Source: a virus
Direction: 5' to 3' (one strand)
DNA length: 64,000 nucleotides
IMG/VR virus record: IMGVR_UViG_3300037054_000079
Coordinates: 32,110-96,109 of that record
The translations under genes and the position numbers were made by a program. Of this stretch, positions 1 through 11,070 are shown piece after piece; positions within the stretch are counted from its first letter, which is position 1; every line of letters starts with the position of its first letter. Below the pieces are notes generated by a model. The model had not been told where the DNA came from and searched no databases. It saw nothing but the letters and a program-made list of their open reading frames with translations.

Positions 1-471
1 TGTCGGACTTTTGGACCGGCGTTTTAGCCCCGCGCGCCACTTTGGATTATGCTTCATTCGCTCGCGTCCTGCTGCATAAGCTGCGCGCCACTTTGGGTCC
101 TGTGCGTTGCGCCTATTTGCGGCTAGATTATTTGCACGCCATTTTGGACTGCGCGACCTGCGCTTAACTCCCGCACGCCATGTTGAGCAACTAGGATCAC
201 AGCCACTTCCTGTCCTTGTCAAGTTGTAACCTTGAGGCACGTATGTCTTGAGCCGAGCAATCATTGCTCGTTCAAGCACGTGAATAGCTCTCACGGTTCG
301 CCGCTTTGCAAGCACTTTAAGTGTGGATGTGCCGAGTCCATGTTTCCGAATAGCCCGACCAAGGGGTGACTTGGCGCGAGCATGATCTCGCAAGCGACGC
401 TGCGGATCGACCGCAGTTCCTATGTAGCTTTTACGGTTGACCGTAATCTTGTAGAGATAGTGCAGAGTCAT
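1..471 (-). CDS. GIY-YIG homing endonuclease (runs off left edge; not in supplied ORF track)
   Basis: Manual translation MTLHYLYKITVNRKSYIGTAVDPQRRLRDHARAKSPLGRAIRKHG...LERAMIARLKTYVPQGYNLTRTG shows YLY/YIG, catalytic Arg, Glu and GYN motifs, then basic PKWRA repeats; ATG overlaps the TGA of ORF 468..977. Confidence 0.85.
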   Translation of the reverse strand, partial: MTLHYLYKITVNRKSYIGTAVDPQRRLRDHARAKSPLGRAIRKHGLGTSTLKVLAKRRTVRAIHVLERAMIARLKTYVPQGYNLTRTGSGCDPSCSTWRAGVKRRSRSPKWRANNLAANRRNAQDPKWRAAYAAGRERMKHNPKWRAGLKRRSKSPT

Positions 472-977
472 TCATCAGTCTCTTGCGGTTTTAGTATTCG
501 AGCCGGAACAACTCCCGACCGGACGTATTCAGCCATCTCCATCTCGCTAACTCGAACGCCGCACAGTGTCAAGCCTCCGGTCTCGATACGATTAACGGCT
601 GCGACCTTCTCAGCGCGAGCAGCTTCTTCGGCAGTGATCTCGTTCTCGTGCGCAGCGAGGTCGGCGATCTGTTTTGTGATGTCATGCTCAAGATACTGTT
701 TGGCTTCGACGGCAGCAACAATGCGAGTGCCGAGCGCCACATCGCGCCGGGAGACGATGCGCGCCTGCGCCGGAGTCGCCATCTTCGGCTTGCGCTTCTT
801 GGCGGACTGTGCGCGAGCTTGCGAGATGGCGCAATCGACGCACCGGCCACCTTTTTGATACCTTGTTGTGCATCCACACCAACATGCAGAACCTTCGTAG
901 AACCGATCACCATTAAGTGCGGCAAAATCTCTATTTTTATTGCGCGGCCTACCGGCATTCATGCTGCAATACCCCAC
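468..977 (-). CDS. hypothetical phage protein with Cys cluster (CxCxC...CxxC)
   Basis: 169-aa ORF, stop coupled to downstream start. Confidence 0.55.
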   Translation of the reverse strand: MGYCSMNAGRPRNKNRDFAALNGDRFYEGSACWCGCTTRYQKGGRCVDCAISQARAQSAKKRKPKMATPAQARIVSRRDVALGTRIVAAVEAKQYLEHDITKQIADLAAHENEITAEEAARAEKVAAVNRIETGGLTLCGVRVSEMEMAEYVRSGVVPARILKPQETDE

Positions 978-1403
978 GATGAACTAGCGTCAAAGCGATC
1001 TCGCTGTGCTTATACATGTCGTACAGCTACTTTTGGCTTTACCCGTGCGCGCGTAGCCTCTTTCAAGATTTTGATCGGCGGCGGCGGCGGACTCTCTGCC
1101 TTCGAGCGTCGCGATCCCTTCGGAGCCGGACGGTTCAAGGGTGAGTTACGTGTTTTCATAACATCCACTCCGGATAGCAGCCGGGCGGGACCCAACTGCA
1201 CATCGACGGCGAGTCGGTGCGGTCGCCGAAGCAACCGTCGAACGGCGACCGCCACCAAGGCTTCCTGTACTCAGCATCCCAAGCGCGCGGGTCATAGATC
1301 ACCATGATGCCGTGCTCATGCTCGTAGAGCTTTCGTCCATTGTACGTCTCGCCTACCTTGTTACGCATTCGTATCTGCCAATCTCCATAAGGGTTGCGCC
1401 AAC

Positions 1404-1679
1404 TCACGGTGTTTCCTGTCCTCGGATGTATGCGGCGAGCTTGGCCTGATCCATCATCGTATTGTCGAGTCGCTCGACCATGCACGCGATGCGCTCGCGC
1501 TCGACCATGCGAGCGCGGTCATCACGCGCGAGATCGCGGACGGGATTGGTATCCCATCTTGCGGTGCATGTGCATGCGAGCACTTCCTCTGGAAAAGCGC
1601 GGGCGCGAAGAAGTTCGCAGGCGCTATCGTGGCGCACGCCGTCGATCTCGAACGGATATATCTCGTCGAGCACGATCAC
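1404..1679 (-). CDS. hypothetical protein
   Basis: ORF in a chain of overlapping minus-strand genes. Confidence 0.45.
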   Translation of the reverse strand: MIVLDEIYPFEIDGVRHDSACELLRARAFPEEVLACTCTARWDTNPVRDLARDDRARMVERERIACMVERLDNTMMDQAKLAAYIRGQETP

Positions 1680-1846
1680 GGCGTCGCTTCCTCGCTGATA
1701 AAGCAGTTCGAAACGTAGACATAGCTCGCAATGTCGCGGCGATGGTCAATCGCTTCGTCGTCGCTGTACGGCCCGGCGACAAGCTTCTGCGGCGCACCGT
1801 TGTTCATGACGGTGTAGTGCACGTAGAACTTTTTGGAAGTGTTCAT
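1676..1846 (-). CDS. small hypothetical protein flanked by a 21-bp direct repeat
   Basis: MNTSKKFYVHYTV... start overlaps stop of 1843..2919; stop overlaps start of 1404..1679. Confidence 0.5.
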   Translation of the reverse strand: MNTSKKFYVHYTVMNNGAPQKLVAGPYSDDEAIDHRRDIASYVYVSNCFISEEATP

Positions 1847-2919
1847 GTCTTTGATCTCGGCATCTCGTCGAGCACGATCACGCGGTAGTGTGGGTTCTGT
1901 GACCACCCCTCGTTATTTTCGAGCTTGATATCGCCAGCCTCATAGGCGCGGACAAACTCGCCCGGCAATAGGTGCAGCACGAGCGACTCCATCGGCTCAG
2001 ATATTGCTTCGAGCAGATCGTGCAGCGAGAAGCCGTTCGTCTCGCGCGCGGCACAATCCCGCAAGTGTTGTTCGACGGGGCCAATGATGACGGGGCCGAC
2101 ATGACCATCGCCGTGCAAGCTTAGCGGCTCGTCGCCTAGCAGCATGTCGATCACGGCTTCGATGGCTTTATGAGCCTGCGTACCACATTCAGCATTGGTC
2201 ATGCTGCGCTCGATGTCGCTAAGTTGACTGTCGAGAAGTTCGGCGATGGTGCCGGGCCGGTATTCGACAAAGCCCGCGCCGATGTCTGCCTTGCGCCATT
2301 CCTCACGACGTTTGGCAGCGCGCTCATGAAGCCACGAGGCGTCCGGCATTTCGCATGGCTCGAATAAATGCGCTCCCTCCATCCACTCGCCTTTTCCGAG
2401 CTTCAAATCGCCGCGACGCCAGCGGGCGCGCAACGCGGCATCATCGGCGGGTTCGTCGATGGGTCCGCCGCATATGGCGCAGTGCCGCGCGTCGTCAGGA
2501 TGCGGCTCCGGTTTGTGGATGTCCCAATCGTCTTCGCGCCACGAACGCGGCGGCTTGCTCGCAGGCGTTTCGTCGGCGAGCATCTCGTTTGCTATCTCTC
2601 GTTGCGCTTCCTCGTCGATGCCTGCGGCTCGCATCTGTTCGGCGATGTGCGCCGGGAATGGACTCACTATCAGGTCAGTGACGTGTTCGATGTGTTTGAG
2701 CCGGAGTAGTTCATCGCCAGCCTTGGTGAGACAGTCGTTCGCCGCACTGAGCTTGGAGATGGCATAGGTCAATCGCTGTTTGCGCGACTGCCCGTAGTCA
2801 AGTTTGAAAAGCGTGAGCAGGGTTTCGATGGTGTGCTCGCGGTCGGCGGCGGCTTTCTCGAACGCGACGTTGGCATCGTGCAGGGTCTTTTTGAATGTCA
2901 GCATAGAAGGGGACTCCAT
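1843..2919 (-). CDS. hypothetical protein (358 aa, CxxC)
   Basis: Long ORF with phage-like codon use. Confidence 0.7.
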   Translation of the reverse strand: MESPSMLTFKKTLHDANVAFEKAAADREHTIETLLTLFKLDYGQSRKQRLTYAISKLSAANDCLTKAGDELLRLKHIEHVTDLIVSPFPAHIAEQMRAAGIDEEAQREIANEMLADETPASKPPRSWREDDWDIHKPEPHPDDARHCAICGGPIDEPADDAALRARWRRGDLKLGKGEWMEGAHLFEPCEMPDASWLHERAAKRREEWRKADIGAGFVEYRPGTIAELLDSQLSDIERSMTNAECGTQAHKAIEAVIDMLLGDEPLSLHGDGHVGPVIIGPVEQHLRDCAARETNGFSLHDLLEAISEPMESLVLHLLPGEFVRAYEAGDIKLENNEGWSQNPHYRVIVLDEMPRSKT

Positions 2920-3899
2920 GTTTTGTGTGGATCAGTGCTTACCGCACGATCAGGATGGGTGAGTGCTGGCGATGTGACCGGCGGTCACGCGGCAGCGGCG
3001 AGTCGGTGTCGCCTCTGCGAGAGCGCAGGTTTCCCCACCTGTCAAAGATGGCGGAGCGGTCGCGGATTTTGGCGGTGCCGTCTTGACCAACGCTCTTACT
3101 GTGTCGGTGACGGAACGAGTCGCCTACGTCTTGCGAATTGTGGAGCTTGCCAGTGCGCCCGTTGCGATCAAAGTCTTCGAGTTCGTTGGTGTGGGTACGG
3201 TGCTTGAACCCCATCCCGAGCGTCTGTTCCGGTTGCCCGGCTGTCGCCGGGATTGTGACCGCTGCCAAGAACGCGGCGGCGAGAATTACTTTGAGCATTG
3301 GGTAGTCCTTTCGTTGTGAACTAGCGGTGAAGCATTTTTCGAAATGAATGTCAAGGTCTGCCATCTCTTGAGTGGATCACAGCGGGAGCATTCGACGCAC
3401 GATCCCGGCTCCGCAACGTAGCGTTCGACGGCGTGCCCGTGACGACATGGTAGGTCGGTGAAGTATCAAGGCAGTCCAAGAGCGCGCGCCTCGTCGCGGG
3501 TGATGTGGTCAAGCATACTGCTGCCTAGCATTTCGTTTTATCTCCTGTCAAGGGTTCGATTTCATTTCGTTTTATTTTAATTTCGAAGTATCACTTTCAA
3601 AAACTTGCGAGAGCGCGGCGCAAACTGCATATGACGTTTTCGCGATGGCATAGGAATTTGGTCCTCACCCCGTAGCTCATGGGGTCCCTCCTATTGCATT
3701 TCGAAACCAAGCAACTGACCCCAACCTTCACTGACGGCGGCATATCTTACTTGTGCCTGCGCTGCAATGCTTTCTCGTTGTCAACAGCAATCGTTGTGCA
3801 TCGTTAACGCACAGCGTCGAGCGGCTGCCACAACTACACTGTGTTGTCAAATCACATCTAACTACATGGTTAATAAGAACAATTCGAACTATTCATAGT

Positions 3900-4230
3900 G
3901 AGTAATTAAGGTTGACAGGCAGCGAGCGCGCAGCGTGCCATTCATGATGACGAATTAGGGTTACCGGGTGGTGCGTTAATGATGAACGCAGAGTCGAGCG
4001 CGCCGGACGCGCCGGTTAACCTTGATAAGTATGGTGAACGCGCGCATTAAGCTTGACAACCATAGCAACGTAGACAACAATTAAGGTTAGTCAGGGGTGG
4101 CGCAGAATGGTTACTGCATGGTAGTGAGTATTAGTAAGGTTAACCGGCGCATGGTGGCGACGCTGCGTGCCATTAACCTTAACAATACATGATGAATACT
4201 GGCGAAAGCGGTGCATTAAGCCTAATACAG
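3900..4230. repeat. array of about 8 imperfect 12-bp motifs (consensus ATTAAGGTTRAC) in the divergent non-coding region
   Basis: Copies at 3905, 3954, 4015, 4046, 4080, 4133, 4172, 4215. Confidence 0.6.
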
Positions 4231-4300
4231 CCTAGAAGTATGCTTAAAGTAACCAGTTTACCCTCGAAATTAGCCACAAATGAGGCAAAAATGATGTATA

Positions 4301-4341
4301 AAACATCAGTTTTGATGTCTAAAGCATCAAAACTGACGTTT
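4301..4341. repeat. 17-bp imperfect inverted repeat
   Basis: AAACATCAGTTTTGATG-tctaaag-CATCAAAACTGACGTTT. Confidence 0.75.
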
Positions 4342-4507
4342 CGTGCGCAGGCTATTAACTATAACATAGTTAACGCGGCCCTGAAAAGCCCTGTCATTTT
4401 GCATATTTCAATACTCCGGTGCTCGCCGGGGCAGAGTTTATCGCAATGTTGCCAAAACTTCGGGCGGAGCCGCCCGATCTGACTTACTCGACTTACTTAC
4501 ACGGCGG

Positions 4508-4595
4508 TTTTCCCCTTGCCCCTTTTTTATCTCTCTCTCCTTCTCTCCTTCTATCCTTCTCTCCCTCTCTCCTTCTATCATCTATTCTCACTCAC
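4508..4595. repeat. polypyrimidine (CT-rich) tract
   Basis: About 85 nt almost entirely C/T on the + strand. Confidence 0.8.
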
Positions 4596-4724
4596 CGACC
4601 TACTATTTAAGCAGACAACTAGACAACATGACGCATCCTATTGCTACACAATAATAATCCTGCCTGTCTCACTCTCAAATCAGCCTTGCCAGTGTAAGAC
4701 AGATCATGTCAATAAACTACATGC

Positions 4725-4753
4725 TTGACATCGGCGCGGACCGAGAGTATCGA
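4725..4753 (+). promoter_or_regulatory. candidate sigma70-type promoter for the early arm
   Basis: TTGACA-17 nt-TATCGA just upstream of ATG 4759. Confidence 0.4.
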
Positions 4754-4758
4754 ACCGG

Positions 4759-5077
4759 GATGACTGAAAAACGATGCACTTTCACTACCTTATCATTCGA
4801 AAAACGGCTGTTGACGTACCTCCGCAAAGGCGTCGATATGCCTGACTATCGGTTCGCCGAGCGGTCCGGTCATGCAGTCGGCGCGCTGCGGGCTGTGATG
4901 ATCCGAACCGGAGAAACCCCGCAAGAAATATGCGACCGACTCGAAATCCCGACCGAGCAGTGGAGTGTTTTGCAAAAAGCCATTGGTCCACCACTGACAA
5001 AAGAACTTCTCTTGAGCAAGAAAAACCCCAAACATATCGTGCGAGCGTGCCCACATTGCGGCGGCCCGCTTGACTAA
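4759..5077 (+). CDS. hypothetical protein, C-terminal CPHCG zinc ribbon, possible DNA-binding regulator
   Basis: First gene of the plus arm; CxxC motif. Confidence 0.5.
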
Positions 5078-6173
5078 CATCCCGAACTGCCCGCGATGCG
5101 GCGGCGAGTGCAGCCGCACAGTCCTTCATCGTTTACGTGAAGGCTTCGCAGTCGGCCCGTGGCGCTGCACCGAATGCCCTTGGGTCGAACAGCAACTCAT
5201 GCACAACGACGAGGACAAGTCATGACACCCGAACATGAAGCCGAACTACGATTGCGAGCGCGTGACAACACGGTGCTCGCGATGCTCGTCGATCTGCGCG
5301 ACAGCACAGCGTTTCATGAAAAGCCAATGGATGACGAGGACTTTTATCACGTCGCATTGCTGACGATGACTGATGTCGCGAACACATTCCAGAAGCTCGC
5401 GACCGAACAAGCAATGCGCGCGCCGCCCGAACCAATGATCTATAAAGGCAACGAGTCGTGATATATTATGAGGATCAATGTCCGCGCTGCCGCGTTCGGC
5501 GCACGCGACAGATTGACAAAACGTCAAGCACGTATTTTGTCACGTTTGCAGCGGCGTGTCCTGATAAGGATCGCTGTGAGCGCGAGATGATGGACGGCTT
5601 TGTGTTCACGAGTGATCGGTGCTACGCATTGGCATTGTGGGCACAAGGACCCGCGCAAATCGAGCTATGTGGCGACTGCGACACATGAAAAACCAATCAC
5701 CAATGCCGTTAACCGTAGAACTAGGAAAGCTGCGCATCGTTGTCACTGCGCCGGATTTCAAGTTGACACTCGAACAGGAAACAGCCATAGAGCAATGGTG
5801 GCAACGTCAGATCGACCGACTTGTCGAGAACGAGTTTCGGCACGTTGTAAGATTGCCCGATGAAGAAGCTGAGCTTCGCAAGCGAGGTCTTGGCGCATTG
5901 TGGAAATACTGAGAGGCACACTATGGACGCAGATAAATTCGCAAGCTGCAATAGAGACGCGCCCGGCTATGCCGACAGCGTGCGCCGTCATGCTGCGCTC
6001 GATCCTGAAACCATGTTGCCGCGCACGGCGATCTATCGAGCGAGCGGCAACTGTGTTTTTGTTCACGGCCAACATTTCTTGACAGTGCATCCGACAGATA
6101 GCGACGATGTGACTCCGGACGAACAGGCGAAGATATTAGCGGACCTGCTCAATCGTGAGTATAGGGCAGCGGC

Positions 6174-6446
6174 ATGAAGCAAGTAATCTGGAAATTCACT
6201 CTCAAGTTAGAAGGCGGCGTGCAGACAATGATGGCTCCGCGCGACGCGGAGATATTGTGCGCTCGCGAACAGCACGAACAAGTTTGCGTGTGGTTTAGGG
6301 GCGACCCAACTGCGTTGCAAACAGAACGACAGATCGCCATAGTTGGCACAGGACATCCAGCGCCAATGCGGGATGAAAGTCGATATCTCGGCACTGCGAT
6401 GCTGGACGGCGGCGATCTGGTGCTGCACGTTTTCGAGCGCACATGA
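6174..6446 (+). CDS. conserved small phage protein (IWKF...GTGHP...YLGT...LVLHVFE)
   Basis: Pattern typical of a widespread small phage family; coupled start and stop. Confidence 0.65.
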   Translation: MKQVIWKFTLKLEGGVQTMMAPRDAEILCAREQHEQVCVWFRGDPTALQTERQIAIVGTGHPAPMRDESRYLGTAMLDGGDLVLHVFERT

Positions 6447-7120
6447 CGCGCAACAATCTCATAATCAGTTGCGTGAGTGAGCGGTCAATGCACTACGCAT
6501 GGCTCGACGGCGATCCACAGCGCAATTGGGATTTGTGCTTGTCACCATATCGTCCTATCAGACCAGCATACTCTCACGACAGTATCCAAACCTACGGACT
6601 CAGAACCGAACCAAAGTTTGCTGCACTCCACGATCTGTTGACTCAAAATACTTGGTGGCACAGCTATCGCAACGTCATGCTTGTGGACGAAGACGTATTT
6701 GCGATGCCGCAAACGTGGTCACGCTTTTTCGACTGGATGGACAGAATACTAGCAGCAGAAATGGCAGCGCCAGCGTTGACGCCAAACTCGATCTTTTCAC
6801 ATCCGGTCACGGTGCAGCAGTTTAACAGTCGCGTGCGCCGCGTCAGTTTCATCGAGGGCATGATGCCATGCTTTCGCGCCAGAACTCTAAAACAAATGCT
6901 GCCGACATTTCTTGCCGATCCGACAGGCATGGGATGGGGCATTGACTACGTGTGGCCCAAGCTGCTCGACTATAAAGGCATCTATGTCGTCGATGATACG
7001 CCAGTCACGCATTGGCGTCCGGGCACCTACACGCGCAGCTATTGGCCGGAGGTTGAAGCCGTGTTGAAGAAGTACGACGCCGAAGACCGGCCCGAAGTGA
7101 CCTATGAGGTTGTGCTGTGA
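6443..7120 (+). CDS. GT-A-like putative glycosyltransferase (DUF707-like)
   Basis: LVDEDV (DxD), PALT, FIEGMMPCF and GWGIDYVW motifs. Confidence 0.6.
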   Translation: MTRNNLIISCVSERSMHYAWLDGDPQRNWDLCLSPYRPIRPAYSHDSIQTYGLRTEPKFAALHDLLTQNTWWHSYRNVMLVDEDVFAMPQTWSRFFDWMDRILAAEMAAPALTPNSIFSHPVTVQQFNSRVRRVSFIEGMMPCFRARTLKQMLPTFLADPTGMGWGIDYVWPKLLDYKGIYVVDDTPVTHWRPGTYTRSYWPEVEAVLKKYDAEDRPEVTYEVVL

Positions 7121-8575
7121 TCGACAGTCAGAGTGTAGCAATCCGCAGGGCAATGTCACTCGATGCCGAATGGCATCGCGCTGACGCACAGTTCCACGCG
7201 GCGTGCATCGTTGATGACCAGCCGGAGACGGGCCGCCAACGGCGCGCAGCTTGGCAAAAAGATTTTGATGCTCAGCCCGAACGACAAAAGCGGCGAGCCG
7301 CACAAAAGCGCGCGACACGCGCGGCTGCACGTACTGCGCCATGATACAAATCCGCGATCATACATTCGTCAATCACAAGAGCGACGAGCAAATCTGTTGG
7401 ACGTGCGGGTTCGTAATACCGCGCGGTCTCGACGCCGCCGGGATTGTAGCGGCACGTCGCTCGATATCGGGAACGACCTGACAATTGTCGCGCGCATAAT
7501 CGCGAGCGCCATCGGACTCGGCATCTTCATCTACGCGCTGCCGGTGAGGGTCAAGCTATGGACATGAAAGACAAGATCACTTACGCCATCGTCGCGGCAA
7601 TCGCGCTCGTGTTCGTAGCCATGTGGATATTCCTATGACCAAACTTGAAGAAGCAAATCTCCGCTGCGAAGCGATGATGCGAGCGACAGGAACCGGCGAG
7701 CTAATGGAGCGGCCACTACTTGCGCTTTTCGCGGTTCTTGCTGTAATCATAGCCTTAGCGTTTTGGCTATGACCGATCTTGGCAAAGTTTGCTACAACAG
7801 TTGGGTGCGTGAAGCAGGGTTCGGCAAGGATGCGCGCGTCATGGACTACTCTAAGCTCGCAACGTACATGCAAGCACGCTGGCGCACTATAGCCCGCGAC
7901 ATCATCAAAGCAAATGAAGCCAATCACGAACAGCGCACGTCTGCGGAGTACACTAGACGTGTCCACGCCGAGGTTGCTCACATACGCAAAAAGGAAACCA
8001 CCGATGCCAAACCAACACGCACTCGCGCTAAGAAGCCGCGCCGCACTGTTTCGCGAGTGGCAAAAGTTTGAACTCGGCATGACGCCGCCAGCGAAGCTTG
8101 ACTTTCACGTCACGGCGGAGATATGCGACGATGCTGCAAGCGAGATCGACCGACTCGATAACACTCAGGAAGCAAGCCAATGACAAAATTCACTGACTTG
8201 TCTGTATGTTGAAAAGGGCTGTGAGACAGCCTATACGCGCATGTATGATCGGTGCGAAAGTGGCATCACTCGATTTGAGTTGGGTGAGCAATTGCGGAGC
8301 GAGGGCTATCCGCCGGACAACCTGCAAACATATTCGCCGCGTCTCACAGACTTGGTGAAAGCAGGCCGAGCCATTATCCGGGGCAAGCGACGCGGCGATG
8401 GCCGGTGTAAACAGAACGTCTACATCGCCGACGATTGGGCCTGACACAAGATATGGTGCAATAAGGCCAGCCGCGCCTATCGTGTCTGCGCCGCCCGAGT
8501 CAAGCACGATGTTTCCTTGACGTTTCGTGCTGGCGGTGCTACTGACACACTCGCTCAGCAACATTGTAGGTCCCC

Positions 8576-10828
8576 ATGGCCCCATCACTAGACGCGGCTC
8601 TCGATTACCTCACATGGAACCCAACTCACAAGCTTTTCCCGGTTGCTGCTGGCCTCAAGCTGCCGCCGTGCTTCGAGGGCTATCAAGCGAAAGCTTCAAG
8701 CGACCCCGAGCAAATCACGAAATGGCATACGCGGTATCCCGGCTGCTCGTGGGGCGTTGAGCCGACGAACAGCGGCATAGTTGTGCTCGATGCCGACTTG
8801 AAAGAGGGCAAGCACGGTCAAGCAACTCTCGACATGCTTGAGTTAGAGTATGGGCCGCGTCCAGCAACATCCACCGTGATAACGCCCTCCGGCGGCAAAC
8901 ATTTCCGCTTTAAGGCGACGGCGAAAGTCAAGCACCATTTCCGCATCAACGGCTTTGGCGAGCATCTCGATAGCCCACACTATACCATCATTCCGGGCTG
9001 CATCATGCGCGACGGGCGCACGTATGAATACGAGAACGATATCGAACTCGCCGACGCCCCGGATTGGTTTTTGAAACTGCCCGCGTGGTCCGCGCCCGCG
9101 CCAGCCGACCGCATGAACTCCAACGCGGAAGAACAGGTAGAGTTGGATCAGCCCGCGAATGTGAAGTGGGCTATAAACTTTTTGAAGAACGACGCGCCGG
9201 ACTCTATCGAAGGTCAGAACGGCAACAACACGACATTCAAAGTGGCATGTGAGTTGCGCAGTCACGGCGTCTCCGAGACCAACGCAAAGTCGCTGATGGA
9301 TACCTATTACAATATCTGGCCCAAGTGCGATCCGATTTGGGAAGTTGACGGTGACCTCGGACTCTACAAGATAGTCACGAACGCCTATGCCTACGCCAGT
9401 CTTGAAGCCCCCGGCGGCGCAACGGCGGAGTCTGATTTCGACGATGACCCACTTCCCCCATTGACTCCCAAAGAGAAAAAGAAAAGCGATAAGGCTGCCA
9501 AGGATAACAAAGCAAAAGCTGCTGCTGTGAGCACTCTGCCCCGGATGCTAGACCCAAGAACTTATGCCCCGGCAAAGGAAAAACTGCACGATCAGTGGGT
9601 TTGGTGCTCCACTCAAAAACAGTTCGTTCGGCGCTATGACGGACTGCTGTGGGATAAAGAACAGTTCGACTCGAATTTCAGTTATTTGTACGGGGGAAAA
9701 TCACCATACAAAGAGCTAGGGAAAACAGCGGGGAGCATCAGGCGTTTGGAGGGATTGAAGTTTGTGCCCGGACAGGCGGAGATAATGGATGGCGATATCT
9801 ATAACATCTGGCGGGAGTCCGAAATCACACCCAAGCAAGGCGACGCTACAATCTGGAATGAGCACATTGCATATCTGTTTCCCGACGACGAACAGCGAAA
9901 CCACCTTCTCAACTGGCTCGCGTGGGTCTACCGCAATCAAAAGCTGAAACCAAACCATGCGCTGCTTCTCGTGGGTGAAACACATGGCACCGGAAAGTCA
10001 TGGGTCGCGCGCGTCATGTCGCACTTGATGGGACTTAAAAATACCAAGCGCCCCAAAAACAGTTCGCTCAAGGGTGACTTCAACGGGTGGGCGCTGCAAT
10101 GCAAGTTTGCTATCATCGAAGAACTCATGCAGATCGGCAAGCGGGAAGTCGCGAACGAACTGCGTGACGTTATCACTGAGCCGACCATTGAAGTGAACAT
10201 CAAGAACGTCAAGGCTTTTGAGATCGACAACTATCTAGCGATGATGGCGATCTCAAACCATCCCGACGCACTGCCACTGGAAGAAAGCGACCGGCGGTGG
10301 CTCGTTCTCATGACGCACGCGCAAACGCGAGCGGATCACGACAGCTACTATTCCCGGCTGTTCAAGGTGCTCCACAATCCGGACGCACTCGCCGCCATTG
10401 CTGCCGAGCTTCGCGACCGAGATATTGGAAAGTACGACGCCCGCGAAAACGCGCCGATGACGCTCGCAAAGGGCGACATGATAACGTCCGGCCTCTCTGA
10501 TCTTGAACACTGGATGATGGATCACAGCGGCGAATACCCGCTTAGTGGTCGCATCATTGCTGTGGACGATGTGCTGACGGCTGTGCCCAACCATCTCTCG
10601 CGCTCGCGCCGATCCGCTGTTGGGTCAGTGCTGAAACACCGCTTTCGCGGAGTGCCACTAGGTCAACACCGACTAGCCGGTGGTGATCGAGCGATGCTGT
10701 GGGCAATCAACGGGACCGCCGCGACCAAGATCGAGGGTGTCAAATATGCGGCGCTCTATGAGCAAGATCGTAAAGATGCGGGAAGTGGCAAGAGCGTTAA
10801 CACGGCAGCCGAAGACTTTTCCAGCTAG
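8576..10828 (+). CDS. bifunctional primase-polymerase fused to NTPase/helicase (DUF5906/SF3-like)
   Basis: VVLDAD, TPSGGKHFRF Prim-Pol motifs; Walker A GETHGTGKS, IIEEL Walker B, SNH sensor, DRRW. Confidence 0.9.
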   Translation: MAPSLDAALDYLTWNPTHKLFPVAAGLKLPPCFEGYQAKASSDPEQITKWHTRYPGCSWGVEPTNSGIVVLDADLKEGKHGQATLDMLELEYGPRPATSTVITPSGGKHFRFKATAKVKHHFRINGFGEHLDSPHYTIIPGCIMRDGRTYEYENDIELADAPDWFLKLPAWSAPAPADRMNSNAEEQVELDQPANVKWAINFLKNDAPDSIEGQNGNNTTFKVACELRSHGVSETNAKSLMDTYYNIWPKCDPIWEVDGDLGLYKIVTNAYAYASLEAPGGATAESDFDDDPLPPLTPKEKKKSDKAAKDNKAKAAAVSTLPRMLDPRTYAPAKEKLHDQWVWCSTQKQFVRRYDGLLWDKEQFDSNFSYLYGGKSPYKELGKTAGSIRRLEGLKFVPGQAEIMDGDIYNIWRESEITPKQGDATIWNEHIAYLFPDDEQRNHLLNWLAWVYRNQKLKPNHALLLVGETHGTGKSWVARVMSHLMGLKNTKRPKNSSLKGDFNGWALQCKFAIIEELMQIGKREVANELRDVITEPTIEVNIKNVKAFEIDNYLAMMAISNHPDALPLEESDRRWLVLMTHAQTRADHDSYYSRLFKVLHNPDALAAIAAELRDRDIGKYDARENAPMTLAKGDMITSGLSDLEHWMMDHSGEYPLSGRIIAVDDVLTAVPNHLSRSRRSAVGSVLKHRFRGVPLGQHRLAGGDRAMLWAINGTAATKIEGVKYAALYEQDRKDAGSGKSVNTAAEDFSS

Positions 10829-11070
10829 GCTTGACACATGAAACTCTATGTTGCATTCATCACTCAAGGCGGCGACCGCGCTCGACACATAACCGGGCGC
10901 ACAGTCCTCAACGATACGGCAATGCCGGTTTTTGAGGCTGACATAAAGCTGATCGAGGACGAGATCGAGCGCCGCACCGGCTCCGATGTTGCCTTCATCA
11001 CTTTCATGCACCCATTAGAGGAAGATATCGACGACCCGGTATTAGCTTAACCCACGAAAGGAAGTCTCCA

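Noticed and set aside
30-185. GCGCGCCACTTTGG-like repeats suggesting a CRISPR array or iterons
   Set aside because: They are the coding PKWRA repeats of the minus-strand GIY-YIG protein
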